From Burkholderiales bacterium (lineage in GTDB: Bacteria; Pseudomonadota; Gammaproteobacteria; Burkholderiales; Usitatibacteraceae): a stretch of DNA of 60,282 nt. The position numbers and the translations under genes are program-made. Shown here piece after piece: positions 31,614 through 45,138 of the stretch. The first letter of the stretch is position 1, and every line of letters begins with the position of its first letter. The DNA lies in contig JANMHV010000458.1 of assembly GCA_031375445.1 (NCBI GenBank), positions 1 to 60,282 on the forward strand, in the 5' to 3' direction. The notes beneath the pieces were generated by a model. It was not told the origin of the DNA. It searched no databases and saw only the letters and a program-made list of their open reading frames with translations.

Positions 31614-32759
31614 GTGATCCTGCCCGGGCAGACGCTCGGCCTGCTGGGCGGCGGCCAGCTGGGCCGCATGTTCACCGTCGCGGCACGCACGCTGGGCTAT
31701 CGCGTGACGGTGCTCGACCCCGATCCGCACGCGCCGGCAGCCGAGTTCGCCACGCGCCACCTGGAGCGTCCCTACGCCGACCCGGAAAGCCTGGCGGAGC
31801 TCGCCGCAACTTGCAGCGCGGTGACCACGGAGTTCGAGAACGCGCCGGCCGAGGCGCTGGATGCGATCGCCGAGCGCACGGTGGTGCGCCCCTCGGGCTC
31901 GTCGGTCGCCGTGGCCCAGGACCGGCGCCGCGAGAAGGGCTTCTTCGCCGGGCACGGCTTTCCGCTGGGCGCCTGGACCGCGATCGAATCCGCGGCGGAT
32001 CTCGAGGGCGCGCTGCAACGCGTGCGCCTGCCCGCGCTCCTCAAGACCGCGCGCTTCGGCTACGACGGCAAGGGACAGGCCCGCATCGCCTCCAGCGCGG
32101 ACCTGGAACGCACCTTCGCGGAGTGGAAGGGTGTCCCGTGCGTGCTGGAGCAACTGCTGCCCCTCGAGCTCGAGCTTTCGGTGGTGCTCGCGCGCAGCGA
32201 ATCCGGGCAGGTCGCCGTGTTCCCGGTCGCGGAGAATCGCCACACCGGGGGCATCCTCGACGTGACCATCGCGCCCGCCCGCGTCTCCCCGGAGCTCGCG
32301 AGCCAGGCGGTGGACCTGGCCTCGCGCCTGGCCGCGGCCCTCGATTACATCGGCGTGCTGGCGGTGGAACTCTTCGTGGTCGAAGGGCGCCTGCTGCTCA
32401 ACGAGATCGCGCCCCGCCCCCACAATAGCGCCCACTACACCATCGACGCCTGCCGCACCTCGCAGTTCGAGCAGCAGGTGCGCGTGCTGTGCGGGCTGCC
32501 GCTGGGCGACCCTTCGTCGCACACCCCGGCGGTGATGGTGAACCTGCTGGGCGACATCTGGCACGCCGGGGAGCCGCCCTGGGCCCGGGTGCTCGAGCAT
32601 CCCGGGGCACATCTCCACCTGTACGGCAAGCGCGAGGCGCGACCCGGGCGCAAGATGGGCCACGTGACGGTGTGCGAGGAGCATCCGGATCGAGCGCTCG
32701 AAGTGGCGCTGCGCATCCGGCGCGACCTCGGCATCGACCCGGGCGCCCACCCCGGCTGA
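31614..32759 (+). CDS. purK: N5-carboxyaminoimidazole ribonucleotide synthase
   Basis: GGGQLGRM, GYDGKGQ, NEIAPRPHNS, RKMGH. Confidence 0.96.
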   Translation: MILPGQTLGLLGGGQLGRMFTVAARTLGYRVTVLDPDPHAPAAEFATRHLERPYADPESLAELAATCSAVTTEFENAPAEALDAIAERTVVRPSGSSVAVAQDRRREKGFFAGHGFPLGAWTAIESAADLEGALQRVRLPALLKTARFGYDGKGQARIASSADLERTFAEWKGVPCVLEQLLPLELELSVVLARSESGQVAVFPVAENRHTGGILDVTIAPARVSPELASQAVDLASRLAAALDYIGVLAVELFVVEGRLLLNEIAPRPHNSAHYTIDACRTSQFEQQVRVLCGLPLGDPSSHTPAVMVNLLGDIWHAGEPPWARVLEHPGAHLHLYGKREARPGRKMGHVTVCEEHPDRALEVALRIRRDLGIDPGAHPG

Positions 32760-33583
32760 TGTTCGGCTGGCTTCGCGGGGGCAAGGCCCCGCCGGCGGAG
32801 ATCTCGCCCACGCTCTGGCGGGAGGCCACGCACGACTGGCTCTTCATGCGCGGGCTCACGCCCGCGGAAGGCGAGCGCCTGCGCGCGATTTGCGGCGAGT
32901 TCCTCGCCGGAAAGCACTTCTCCGGCACGCACGAGCTCGAGATCTCCGATCGCATGCAGGTCGAGATCGCGGCGCAGGCCTGCATCCTGGTTCTGGAGAT
33001 CGGCCTCGAGTGGTACGACGGCTGGTCGGAAGTGATCGTCTACCCAAGCCAGTTCGCGCCCGAGCGCGAGGAGGTGGACGAAGCAGGTGTAGTGCACCTC
33101 ACCCGGGACCCGATGGCGGGCGAGGCGTGGCTGGGCGGGCCGGTGATCCTCTCGTACGAAGACGTGGCGTCCGCCGCCGATGAGGCGTCGCGGGTGGACG
33201 GCTTCAACGTGGTGATCCACGAGTTCGCCCACAAGCTGGACATGCGCAGCGGGGATCCCAACGGTTTCCCCCCGCTGCACCGGGACATGGACGCCGCCGA
33301 ATGGAAAGCGGCGTTCCTCGAGGCGTTCGAGCACTTCGGTGGGGCGGTGGACGCGGCCGACTCGCTTCCGGACCACCGGGTCGAGGAGGCGCTCGCGCAA
33401 TTGCCGCTCGACCCGTACGCCGCGGAGAGTGCCTCGGAATTCTTCGCCGTCGCGTCGGAAGCGTTCTTCGAGACGCCGGAGCTGCTGGAGCCTGCATACC
33501 CCCGCGTCTACGACCAGCTGCGGCGGTTCTACCGCCAGGATCCGCTCGCGCGGCTGGCTCGCTGGGAAGCAGCGCACTCGTAG
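32759..33583 (+). CDS. Zinc-dependent peptidase, MtfA/M90 family
   Basis: IAAQAC, GEAW..GPVILS, HEFAHKLD, YAA...EFFAV.SE.FFE. Confidence 0.88.
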   Translation: MFGWLRGGKAPPAEISPTLWREATHDWLFMRGLTPAEGERLRAICGEFLAGKHFSGTHELEISDRMQVEIAAQACILVLEIGLEWYDGWSEVIVYPSQFAPEREEVDEAGVVHLTRDPMAGEAWLGGPVILSYEDVASAADEASRVDGFNVVIHEFAHKLDMRSGDPNGFPPLHRDMDAAEWKAAFLEAFEHFGGAVDAADSLPDHRVEEALAQLPLDPYAAESASEFFAVASEAFFETPELLEPAYPRVYDQLRRFYRQDPLARLARWEAAHS

Positions 33584-33595
33584 CGTCGCTTGCAC

Positions 33596-33623
33596 CAACA
33601 AGAACGGGCCCCGCGGGGCCCGT
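33596..33623 (-). terminator. Intrinsic terminator between convergent genes
   Basis: Palindrome ACGGGCCCCGCGGGGCCCGT (33604-33623) followed by TCTTGTT on the minus strand. Confidence 0.7.
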
Positions 33624-33645
33624 CGTCTCCTGGCAAAGCGTCGCG

Positions 33646-33960
33646 TTACTTCGAATCGCCCTCCGGCTTGTCCGTGCCGCTGCCCTCGGTCTGCGAAGAA
33701 TCGCCTTTCGCGCGGCTTGCGGCCTGGCGCTCGGCGTCGAGCATCTCCTTCGCCTCCGCCTCATTGCGCGGGGCGGCATCGCGGGCTTCCTTCTCGATGT
33801 CGTGATTCTGGACGTGCTCTTTCAGCCCCTCGTTGTACTTTCGGGAAGCCTCGTAGTTGCCCTCGCCGTACTGCTTGCCTTCACCGGACTGGAGTTGCTG
33901 CTGCCGGCCGGGGCCGGCATCCCTGGAGCCCTGCTGCTTGCCTTCTTCCTTGGGGGTCAT
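33646..33960 (-). CDS. Small hydrophilic hypothetical protein
   Basis: 104 aa, AAAGGA RBS, host-like codon use, GEGNYEASRKYNE segment. Confidence 0.75.
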   Translation of the reverse strand: MTPKEEGKQQGSRDAGPGRQQQLQSGEGKQYGEGNYEASRKYNEGLKEHVQNHDIEKEARDAAPRNEAEAKEMLDAERQAASRAKGDSSQTEGSGTDKPEGDSK

Positions 33961-33971
33961 GGCGCGGTCCT

Positions 33972-34310
33972 TTACTTGTTGCTACCGGTCGTGTTCACGC
34001 CTTCGGCCTTCTGGGGCGTGATCGGGGCGAGCGTGGAGTGGGAGCCCTCGTCACCTTCCAGCGGGCGCTTGGTGCTGTCGGCCACGGCGCTCACGTCGCC
34101 CTGGGCGCTCTTGGGCGGCGTGGTCTGCGGAGTGTCGGGAGTGGTGTTGGGTTCAGCGGGCTTGGTGCCGATCACGACGGCCGAGGGGCTGGCAGCGGCG
34201 GGCTGGCGCACTTCGTTGCGCTCGCCCCGGTCACAGGCGGCGGCACTGGCGACCACGAACAGCAGAGCGACGACGCGCGCGCCGGTGGTTTTCCAGAGTT
34301 CATGGTTCAT
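33972..34310 (-). CDS. Hypothetical lipoprotein
   Basis: GGAGG RBS, signal peptide ending AAAC, Pro/Thr-rich mature part. Confidence 0.7.
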   Translation of the reverse strand: MNHELWKTTGARVVALLFVVASAAACDRGERNEVRQPAAASPSAVVIGTKPAEPNTTPDTPQTTPPKSAQGDVSAVADSTKRPLEGDEGSHSTLAPITPQKAEGVNTTGSNK

Positions 34311-34421
34311 GCGATTCCTCCAACGCCGCCGAATGGCAGCTACCCGGACAGTGTGGGGTGGAAGAAGGCTCTCGATTATCGGACGCGGGCGCGCCCGGGT
34401 GTAGGACGGGAGCTTAGTCGC

Positions 34422-34559
34422 TCAAAGGAACAGGACCGCGGGGAAGACCGCGATGGCGAGGACGATGAGGACCCATTCGCAATTCCAGCGCTTCAGGTGG
34501 CCGGTGTAGTGCAGGATGATCGCGGCGATCGCGAACACGTAGAAAGCGGCAAGCAACAT
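34422..34559 (-). CDS. 45-aa two-TM membrane protein (below the ORF-track cutoff)
   Basis: MLLAAFYVFAIAAIILHYTGHLKRWNCEWVLIVLAIAVFPAVLFL; GGGGG RBS; mostly G/C third positions. Confidence 0.75.
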   Translation of the reverse strand: MLLAAFYVFAIAAIILHYTGHLKRWNCEWVLIVLAIAVFPAVLFL

Positions 34560-34624
34560 CTTGTTTTTCCCCCGGAATCGGTCGCAGCAAGGATACAGGA
34601 AAGGCCTTTCCCGGCCTAGTTTCC

Positions 34625-36612
<1,988 letters not shown>

Positions 36613-36626
36613 GGGTCCCCCACCCC

Positions 36627-37754
36627 GTGCCCCGGACACTTCGAATCCTCGAGTCGCTGGATGCCGTGGACCCGAGCCGATGGGATGCGCTGGCTGGAGG
36701 CAACCCGACGCTCGCCCATGCCTTCCTCGACAGCCTCCATGCCAGTGGCTGCGCCGCGAGCGCGAGCGGCTGGGCGCCGCGCTATCTCACCTCGTGGGAG
36801 GGCAAGCGCCTGGAAGGCGCGGTGCCCCTCTATGCCAAGGCCCACTCCTACGGCGAGTACGTGTTCGACTGGGCGTGGGCCGACGCCCACGAGCGCCACG
36901 GGCTCGAGTACTACCCCAAGCTCCTCGCCGCCGTCCCCTTTACCCCGGCCACGGGCGCCCGCCTCCTCGCCGACAATCCCACGGTGCGCGTCGAGCTCGC
37001 CTCCGCCCTGCTCGAGATGGCGCGCGACTCCGGCGCCTCCTCGCTGCACGTGCTCTTCCCCCGCGAGGAGGATGCGGCGGTGCTGCGCTCGCTCGGAATG
37101 CTGGAGCGCTCGGGCGTGCAGTTCCACTGGCGCAATCCCGGCTATGCGGGCTTCGATGATTTCCTCGCCGCGTTCTCCCACGACAAGAGGAAGAAGGTGC
37201 GGCAGGAGAGGAAGCGCGTCGCCGCGGCGGGCGTCACCGTGCGCCGCGTGACGGGCCACGAGGCCACCACCGCCGATTGGGATTTCTTCACCTCGTGCTA
37301 CCGGCGCACCTACCGCGAGCACCGCTCGACGCCCTACCTCACGCGCGGCTTCTTCGCGATGCTGGCCGCGCGCATGCCCGGCAACGTGCTGCTGGTGATC
37401 GCCGAGCGCGAGGGCAAACCCATCGCCGCGGCGCTCGACCTCTTCGGCCCCCATGCGCTCTACGGGCGCTACTGGGGCTCCACCGAGTACGTGCCGGGGC
37501 TGCACTTCGAGGCTTGCTACTACCAGGCGATCGAGTTCTGCATCGAGCGGAAGATCCCGCTCTTCGAGGGCGGCGCCCAGGGGGAGCACAAGCATGCCCG
37601 CGGGTTCATGCCCGAGGCCACGAAGTCCTTCCACTGGCTGGCGCACCCGGCTTTCGAGCGGGCGATCGACGACTACCTGGAGCGGGAGGGGGCGCAGATT
37701 TCCGCCTACGTTGATGAACTCAACGACCGCTCACCATTCAAGGTCAAGGCGTAA
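36627..37754 (+). CDS. FemAB-like GNAT protein (DUF482)
   Basis: HSYGEYVFDWAWA, VPFTPATG, LYGRYWG, FEGGAQGEHK. Confidence 0.9.
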   Translation: MPRTLRILESLDAVDPSRWDALAGGNPTLAHAFLDSLHASGCAASASGWAPRYLTSWEGKRLEGAVPLYAKAHSYGEYVFDWAWADAHERHGLEYYPKLLAAVPFTPATGARLLADNPTVRVELASALLEMARDSGASSLHVLFPREEDAAVLRSLGMLERSGVQFHWRNPGYAGFDDFLAAFSHDKRKKVRQERKRVAAAGVTVRRVTGHEATTADWDFFTSCYRRTYREHRSTPYLTRGFFAMLAARMPGNVLLVIAEREGKPIAAALDLFGPHALYGRYWGSTEYVPGLHFEACYYQAIEFCIERKIPLFEGGAQGEHKHARGFMPEATKSFHWLAHPAFERAIDDYLEREGAQISAYVDELNDRSPFKVKA

Positions 37755-37756
37755 CG

Positions 37757-37929
37757 GCACCACTAAGGTCACGAAGGTCCACAAAGTTCCACGAAGGAAA
37801 GCAAAAGAAGGTTTCAACGCAACGTGAAGCAGCGACTCGATGAATGGCGTCGTCGCTCGTTTCCACGTTGAATCCTGTCTTGAGGTTTCCTTCGTGGAAC
37901 TTTGTGGACCTTCGTGTCCTTCGTGGTGC
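37757..37929. repeat. Long palindromic element C (44-bp arms, 2 mismatches)
   Basis: Arms 37757-37800 and 37886-37929; same family as A and B; between convergent genes. Confidence 0.93.
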
Positions 37930-37940
37930 AGTTCCGTTGC

Positions 37941-38726
37941 CTAATTTCGAGGTGCTGTCCACGCTTTCGAAAATTGCAGCCAATGCGGTGACTCCTGCTG
38001 CCCGAGCCATTCGCGGAACACCCCCACCTCGCGCTCGTAGGCTTGGGCGTTGAGCGCCCCACGCACCAGCTGGAACCGCAGCCACAGCAGATAGGTGTTT
38101 GCCACATCGGTCTCGCAGTAATCCCGGATCGCCCCGATCTCCCCCCGCTGCCACGCGCCGTACACCTGCGAGCCGTCCATGCCGAGCTTGCCCGGCAGCC
38201 CGCACAGCACCGCGATCTCGGTCAACGGCGCCCAGGCGCGATTCTGGTATCCCGCCAGCACGTCCATGAGGTCCGTGTGGCGCGCGTGGAAGCGCGACAG
38301 GTAGTTGTTGAACTTGAACTCGCGGTCGTTCTCCCCCTGGTCCCAGTAGCAACAGGCGGGAATGCCGTGCAGCAGCGCGCGGTAGTGCAGCACCGGCAGG
38401 TCGAAGCCGCCCCCATTCCAGCTCACCAGCTGCGGCGTGTACTTCTCGATGCCGTCGAAGAAGCGCTTCACCAGCGCGCCCTCGGAATCCTCGGGCGCGC
38501 CCAGGGACCAGACGCGCATGCCGTCGTCGCTGCGAAGCGCGCAGGAGATGGCGACGATTCGCTGCACGTGCGCGGGAAGGAAATCGTTGCCCGTTGCCTG
38601 GCGCCGGCGCTGGGAGACGAGTTCGAAGACGCCCGCGTCGCTCACCTCGGGGGCCAGGTCCCACACGCGCCGCAGCCCCTCGATGTCGGGGATGGTCTCG
38701 ATGTCGAACACGAGGGTCGGGATCAT
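37941..38726 (-). CDS. 3'-5' exonuclease related to the PolB exonuclease domain
   Basis: VFDIETIPD, SWNGGGFDLPVL, YCETDV (DEDDy). Confidence 0.9.
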   Translation of the reverse strand: MIPTLVFDIETIPDIEGLRRVWDLAPEVSDAGVFELVSQRRRQATGNDFLPAHVQRIVAISCALRSDDGMRVWSLGAPEDSEGALVKRFFDGIEKYTPQLVSWNGGGFDLPVLHYRALLHGIPACCYWDQGENDREFKFNNYLSRFHARHTDLMDVLAGYQNRAWAPLTEIAVLCGLPGKLGMDGSQVYGAWQRGEIGAIRDYCETDVANTYLLWLRFQLVRGALNAQAYEREVGVFREWLGQQESPHWLQFSKAWTAPRN

Positions 38727-38728
38727 GG

Positions 38729-39616
38729 CTATGCGGGAAATACGCCCGTGGAAAGGTAGCGGTCGCCGCGGTCGCAGACGATGTGCACGATCACCGCGTC
38801 CTTCACTTCGCCCGAGAGCTTCATCGCGGCGGCGAGCCCCCCGCCCGACGAGATGCCGGCGAAGATGCCTTCCTCGCGGGCGAGGCGGCGGGTCATCTCC
38901 TCGCTCTCGTCCTGGCTCACCTCGATCACGCGGTCGACGCGGGGGCGCTCGAAGATCTTCGGCAGGTAGGCCTCCGGCCACTTGCGGATGCCCGGCACCG
39001 AGGCGCCATCCTTCGGCTGCACGCCCACGATCGTGATCGCGGGGTTCTGCTCCTTCAGGTACCGCGAGCAGCCCATCAGCGTGCCGGTGGTGCCCATGGT
39101 GGCGACGAAATGAGTGACCTTGCCCCCGGTGTCGCGCCAGATCTCGGGGCCGGTGCCGGTGTAGTGCGCGAGCGGATTGTCGGGGTTGGCGAACTGGTCG
39201 AGGATCACGCCCTCCCCCGCCTCGCGCATGCGCTCGGAGGTATCGCGCGCGAGCTCCATGCCGCCCTTCTCGGGCGTCAGCACGAACTGCGCGCCGAAGG
39301 CCGCCATCGTCTGGCGGCGCTCGATGGAGAGGTGCTCGGGCATCACCAGCACCATGCGGTAGCCGCGCATCGCAGCCACCATCGCGAGCGCGATGCCGGT
39401 GTTGCCGCTGGTGGCCTCGATCAGCGTGTCGCCCGGCTTGATGCGCCCGCGGCGCTCGGCGCCCACGACCATCGACAGCGCCGGGCGGTCCTTCACCGAG
39501 CCGGCCGGATTGTTGCCCTCCAGCTTCGCCAGCATCACGTTGGAGCTGTTCCCGGGGATGCGCTGCAGCCGCACCAGGGGCGTATTGCCGACGAAGGTCT
39601 CGAGCGTGTGTTGCAT
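38729..39616 (-). CDS. cysM: Cysteine synthase B
   Basis: NPAGSVKDR, TSGNTG, MGTTGT, CDRGDRYLS. Confidence 0.95.
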   Translation of the reverse strand: MQHTLETFVGNTPLVRLQRIPGNSSNVMLAKLEGNNPAGSVKDRPALSMVVGAERRGRIKPGDTLIEATSGNTGIALAMVAAMRGYRMVLVMPEHLSIERRQTMAAFGAQFVLTPEKGGMELARDTSERMREAGEGVILDQFANPDNPLAHYTGTGPEIWRDTGGKVTHFVATMGTTGTLMGCSRYLKEQNPAITIVGVQPKDGASVPGIRKWPEAYLPKIFERPRVDRVIEVSQDESEEMTRRLAREEGIFAGISSGGGLAAAMKLSGEVKDAVIVHIVCDRGDRYLSTGVFPA

Positions 39617-39630
39617 GTCGCATTCCCCTG

Positions 39631-39657
39631 AAACAAAAGCCCCGCCGGGGCGGGGCT
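39631..39657 (-). terminator. Intrinsic terminator after comEA
   Basis: AGCCCCGC..GCGGGGCT hairpin followed by TTTGTTT on the minus strand. Confidence 0.75.
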
Positions 39658-39678
39658 CGTGCGGCCGGTCCCCGGCCC

Positions 39679-40518
39679 TTACTTCTTCGCTTCGGCGGCT
39701 TTCTTCTCTTCGGCCTTCTTGTCGGCGGCGGCGGCCTTCTTCTCATCTGCCTTCTTGTCCGCAGCGGCTTTCTTCTCGTCCGCGGCCGCCTTCTTGTCAG
39801 CGGCCTTCTTGTCGGCGGCGGCTTTCTTGTCTTCGGCAGCGGCCTTCTTGTCGGCAGCCTTCTTGTCGGCGGCAGCCTTCTTCTCGTCGGCGGCAGGCTT
39901 CTTCTCGTCGGCGACGGACTTCCTGTCCGCAGCCTTCTTGTCGGCGGCGGCGCTGGCGACCGGGGCGGCCTTGGCGTCTGCCTTCGCATCGGCCTTGGCG
40001 TCGGCTTTCAGGTCTGCCTTCTTCGCATCGGCCTTGGCGTCGACCTTCGGCGTGGAAGCAGCAGGAGCGGCGGGCGCCGCAGCCGACTTGGCGTCGGCCT
40101 TCGGTGCCGGGGCAGCGGGTGCCGGGGCGGCGGGCGCGGGGGCGGCCTTGCTCTCGGCCTTGGGCGGAGGCGCGACCGGCGCGGGCGTTGCCTTCGCATC
40201 CGCCTTGGCAGGGGCCGGCTTCGGCGCGGCAGCCGGTGCCTTCGATTCCGCGGGAACCGTAGTGGTCCCGGTGAGGGCCACGTCGGCGCGGATCTTGTCG
40301 AACGTCGCGTCGCCGATGCCGTCGACCTTCTTCAGGTCCTCGAGCGTCTTGAAGCGGCCGTTCTTGGTGCGGTAATCGATGATGGCCTGGGCCTTCACCG
40401 GGCCGATGCCGTTCAGCGCTTCCAACTGCTCCTTCGTCGCGGAATTGATGTTCACCGCCGCGAAGGCCATGCCGGCGTAGGCAAGCAGCGCCGCCAGCAA
40501 TACCATGAGCTTCTTCAT
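39679..40518 (-). CDS. comEA: ComEA helix-hairpin-helix DNA-binding protein with a long Ala/Lys/Asp repeat tail
   Basis: Signal peptide, VNINSA..LEALNGIGPVKAQAI..VDGIG, then ~190 aa of low complexity. Confidence 0.85.
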   Translation of the reverse strand: MKKLMVLLAALLAYAGMAFAAVNINSATKEQLEALNGIGPVKAQAIIDYRTKNGRFKTLEDLKKVDGIGDATFDKIRADVALTGTTTVPAESKAPAAAPKPAPAKADAKATPAPVAPPPKAESKAAPAPAAPAPAAPAPKADAKSAAAPAAPAASTPKVDAKADAKKADLKADAKADAKADAKAAPVASAAADKKAADRKSVADEKKPAADEKKAAADKKAADKKAAAEDKKAAADKKAADKKAAADEKKAAADKKADEKKAAAADKKAEEKKAAEAKK

Positions 40519-40575
40519 CGTGTTCTCCCCTTGTCGCTCCGCCGGAATGGCGAAACGCGCCTATTATACAAGGCC

Positions 40576-41166
40576 TTAGCGAACATCCACGGTTTCCAGG
40601 CGCACGTCGTCGATGCACAGGCGCCCGGGGCCCTCGAGGGTCGCGCCGATCTCCACGATCTCGGTGCCCGCGAGCACCATCACGTCGAGCGAGGCGCGCT
40701 CCCAGCCGAGCGTGCCCTTCAACAGCTTCTGGTCGTGTTTCAGGTTGCGCCCGCCCGGACCGTGCAGCAGCACCCAGGGGCCGGCGCCATCGCCGGTCAC
40801 GCCCTCGAGCCGCACCGCCATCGAGAGCCGCAGCACCTTGCCCGCGAGCCCCGGGTCGCGCACCGCCTGCGTGATGGTGGCCCACGGCTCCTTGCCGACG
40901 CGCTCGACGCACAGGCTTTGCGCCCCCTGCGACGGCCGGGTGTTATCGATGCGGAAAACGTAGGAGCCCGGATCGGCATGGGCGCTGCAGTCCCAGCGAT
41001 CGGCGCAGTGGTTCTGCGCCCGCAGCGGCGCTTCGAAATCGGCATTGCGCAGCGGCAGCGCGCCGAGGGTTTCCTTGAGCTCGGGCGCGGTGGGCGCGAG
41101 CTTGCTCGCGGACGAGGCGCACGCGCACAGGGTCGCGAGCACCAGCGCCATGGCGAGCCGCTTCAT
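40576..41166 (-). CDS. Hypothetical lipoprotein, possible carbohydrate-binding (CBM-like) fold
   Basis: [16 protein letters not shown] lipobox, LRNADFE and IDDVRL segments; ATGA overlap with rfaD. Confidence 0.75.
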   Translation of the reverse strand: MKRLAMALVLATLCACASSASKLAPTAPELKETLGALPLRNADFEAPLRAQNHCADRWDCSAHADPGSYVFRIDNTRPSQGAQSLCVERVGKEPWATITQAVRDPGLAGKVLRLSMAVRLEGVTGDGAGPWVLLHGPGGRNLKHDQKLLKGTLGWERASLDVMVLAGTEIVEIGATLEGPGRLCIDDVRLETVDVR

Positions 41167-42158
41167 GGCGCCACCTCCAGGCGCGAGCGCACGTAGCGAT
41201 CGACGCCCTCCTCCACCGACAGGAACGGGTGTTCGTAGCCGGTGGAGCGAAGCGCCGTCACGTCCGCCTGGGTGAAGCTCTGGTACTTGCCCACCAGCTG
41301 CGCGGGGAATGGCACGTAGGCGATGGCGCCCGCCGCGCGCAGCCCCGCGAGGTCGAGCGGCTTCTCGCCGCGCGCGCGCCGGATCGCGTTCACCGTGGCG
41401 CAGGCCACGTCGTTGAAGCTCTGCGCCCGCCCCGTGCCCACGTTGAAGATGCCCGAGAGCTCCGGGTGGTCGAGGAAGTGCAGGTTCACGCGCAGCACGT
41501 CCTCGACCGAGATGAAGTCGCGGATCTGCTCGCCCGGACCGTAGCCGTCGTTGCCTTCGAAAAGTTTCACGCGCCCCTCCGCCAGGTACTGGTTGAAGAA
41601 GTGGAATGCCACCGACGCCATGCGCGCCTGGTGGGCCTCGCGAGGGCCGTAGACGTTGAAGTAGCGGAACCCGGCCACCTGCGCCGTGCGCCGGGCGAGC
41701 CGGCGGCGCACCACCTGGTCGAAGAGGAACTTCGAATAACCGTAGACGTTGAGCGGCGCCTCGTGCTCGCGCGCCTCGCGGAAGGTGCGCCCCGCGCCGT
41801 ACACCGAGGCCGAGGAGGCGTAGATGAACGGCACGCGCCACGCCTGGCACCAGTCGAGGAGCGCGATGGAGTACTGGTAGTTGTTCTCCATCATGTAGCG
41901 CCCGTCGGTCTCCATGGTGTCGGAGCAGGCGCCCTGGTGCAGCACCGCGGACGCGTCCTTCCACGCGCCGGCCTCGAGGCGCGCGAGCAGGTCGCGCTTG
42001 TCGACGAAGTCGGCGATCTCGAGGTCGGCGAGGTTGGCGACCTTGTCGGCGCGCGTGAGGTTGTCCACCGCGACGATGTCCGTGATGCCGCGGGCGTTCA
42101 GCGCGCGCACCAGGTTGGATCCGATGAACCCGGCGGCGCCGGTGACGATCATGGTCAT
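41163..42158 (-). CDS. rfaD: ADP-L-glycero-D-manno-heptose 6-epimerase
   Basis: [32 protein letters not shown]. Confidence 0.96.
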   Translation of the reverse strand: MTMIVTGAAGFIGSNLVRALNARGITDIVAVDNLTRADKVANLADLEIADFVDKRDLLARLEAGAWKDASAVLHQGACSDTMETDGRYMMENNYQYSIALLDWCQAWRVPFIYASSASVYGAGRTFREAREHEAPLNVYGYSKFLFDQVVRRRLARRTAQVAGFRYFNVYGPREAHQARMASVAFHFFNQYLAEGRVKLFEGNDGYGPGEQIRDFISVEDVLRVNLHFLDHPELSGIFNVGTGRAQSFNDVACATVNAIRRARGEKPLDLAGLRAAGAIAYVPFPAQLVGKYQSFTQADVTALRSTGYEHPFLSVEEGVDRYVRSRLEVAP

Positions 42159-42161
42159 GGC

Positions 42162-43105
42162 TCAGGTCTCTGGGGTTGCGGCGAGGCTCGCGGCGAGCTC
42201 TTCCGGATGCACGACCGCGGTGCCGAGCTTGCCGACGACGATGCCGGCGGCATGGTTGGCCACGCGCATGGCGGCGTGCATGTCGGCGCCGGCTGCCACC
42301 ATCAGCGCGAGCGTGCCGATGACGGTGTCGCCCGCGCCGCTCACGTCGAACACCTCGCGCGCACGGGTGTGCTCGTGCCAGCTTTCCTGCGCGGTGAAGA
42401 GCGTCATGCCCTCCTCGCTGCGGGTCACGATCAGGGCGTCCAGCTCCAGCTCCTCGCGCAGGCGCTGGGCGCGGCGCGCGAGGTCTTCCTCGTCCTTCCA
42501 CTGCCCCGCCACCTCGCGGAACTCGGAGCGGTTGGGCGTGAGGAGCGTGGCGCCCCGGTAGCGCGCGTAGTCCGAGCCTTTCGGGTCCACCAGCACGGGC
42601 TTGCCCAGCCGGCGGGCGGCGGCGATCATCCGCTCCACGTGGGTCAAGCCGCCCTTGCCATAGTCGGAGAGCACCACCGCGTCGGCCTCGCTCACCAGCT
42701 TCTCGTATTCGTCGAGCTTCGCCGCCAGCACCTCGTGGCTGGGCACGCGCTCGAAGTCGATGCGCAGCAGCTGCTGCTGCTGGCCGATCACGCGCAGCTT
42801 CACCGTGGTCGACAGTTGCGGGTCGCGATGGAGCGACGTGCGCACGCGCTCGGCGGCGAGCAACTTCTCCAGCGTCGAGGCGGCTTCATCGGCCCCGACC
42901 ACCGAGAGCAGTGTCGCGCCCCCGCCCAGCGCGGTCACGTTGCGCGCCACGTTGGCCGCACCCCCCGGGCGCTCCTCCGCGCGCTTCACCAGCACCACCG
43001 GGACCGGCGCCTCGGGAGAGATGCGGGAGACGTCGCCGAACCAGTAGCGGTCCAGCATCACGTCGCCGGCCACCAGCACCTTCGCGCGCGAGAAGTCGGG
43101 CAGCT

Positions 43106-43109
<4 letters not shown>
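42162..43109 (-). CDS. rfaE1: D-glycero-beta-D-manno-heptose-7-phosphate kinase
   Basis: [27 protein letters not shown]. Confidence 0.95.
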
Positions 43110-44433
<1,324 letters not shown>

Positions 44434-44437
<4 letters not shown>

Positions 44438-45138
44438 GCGTTCTCTTTGTGCAGGGATTCGTTGATGGAGTTGAGAGTCGCCACCGGATCGGCGGCCTGG
44501 GTGATGGGGCGACCGATCACCAGGTAGTCGGCGCCGAGGCGCGCGGCCTCGAGCGGCGTCACCACGCGCGACTGGTCGTCGGCGGGGGCGCCCTCGAGCC
44601 GGATGCCGGGCGTCACGAGCAGGAAACCATCCCCCGTGGCGCGGCGCAGCGCCGGTCCTTCGCGGGCGGAGCACACCACGCCGTCGAGGCCGCAGGCGCG
44701 GGCGAGGCGCGCCAGGCGCTCCACGATCTCGAGCGCGGGGCCGCGGTACCCCACCTCGTGCAGGTCTTCGTCGGAGAGGCTCGTGAGCACCGTCACCGCG
44801 ATCAGCAGCGGCGGGCGCGCCACCGACTCGATCGCCTCGCGCGCGGCACGCAGCATGGCGCCACCCCCGCTCGCGTGGACGTTCATCATCCAGATCCCCA
44901 TCCGGGCGGCGGCCTTGCACGCTCCGGCGACGGTGTTGGGAATGTCGTGGAACTTGAGGTCGAGGAACACTTCGAAGCCGCGCTCCTGGAGCCTGCCCAC
45001 CACCGCGGGGCCCGCCGCCACGAAGAGCTCCTTGCCCACCTTCACGCGGCACCGGCGCGGGTCGAGGCGCGCCGCCAAGGCCAACGCGCTCTCGGCGTCG
45101 GGGAAATCCAGGGGAACGATCACGCGCCTACTGTCCAA
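44434..45138 (-). CDS. pyrF: Orotidine-5'-phosphate decarboxylase
   Basis: [25 protein letters not shown]. Confidence 0.96.
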
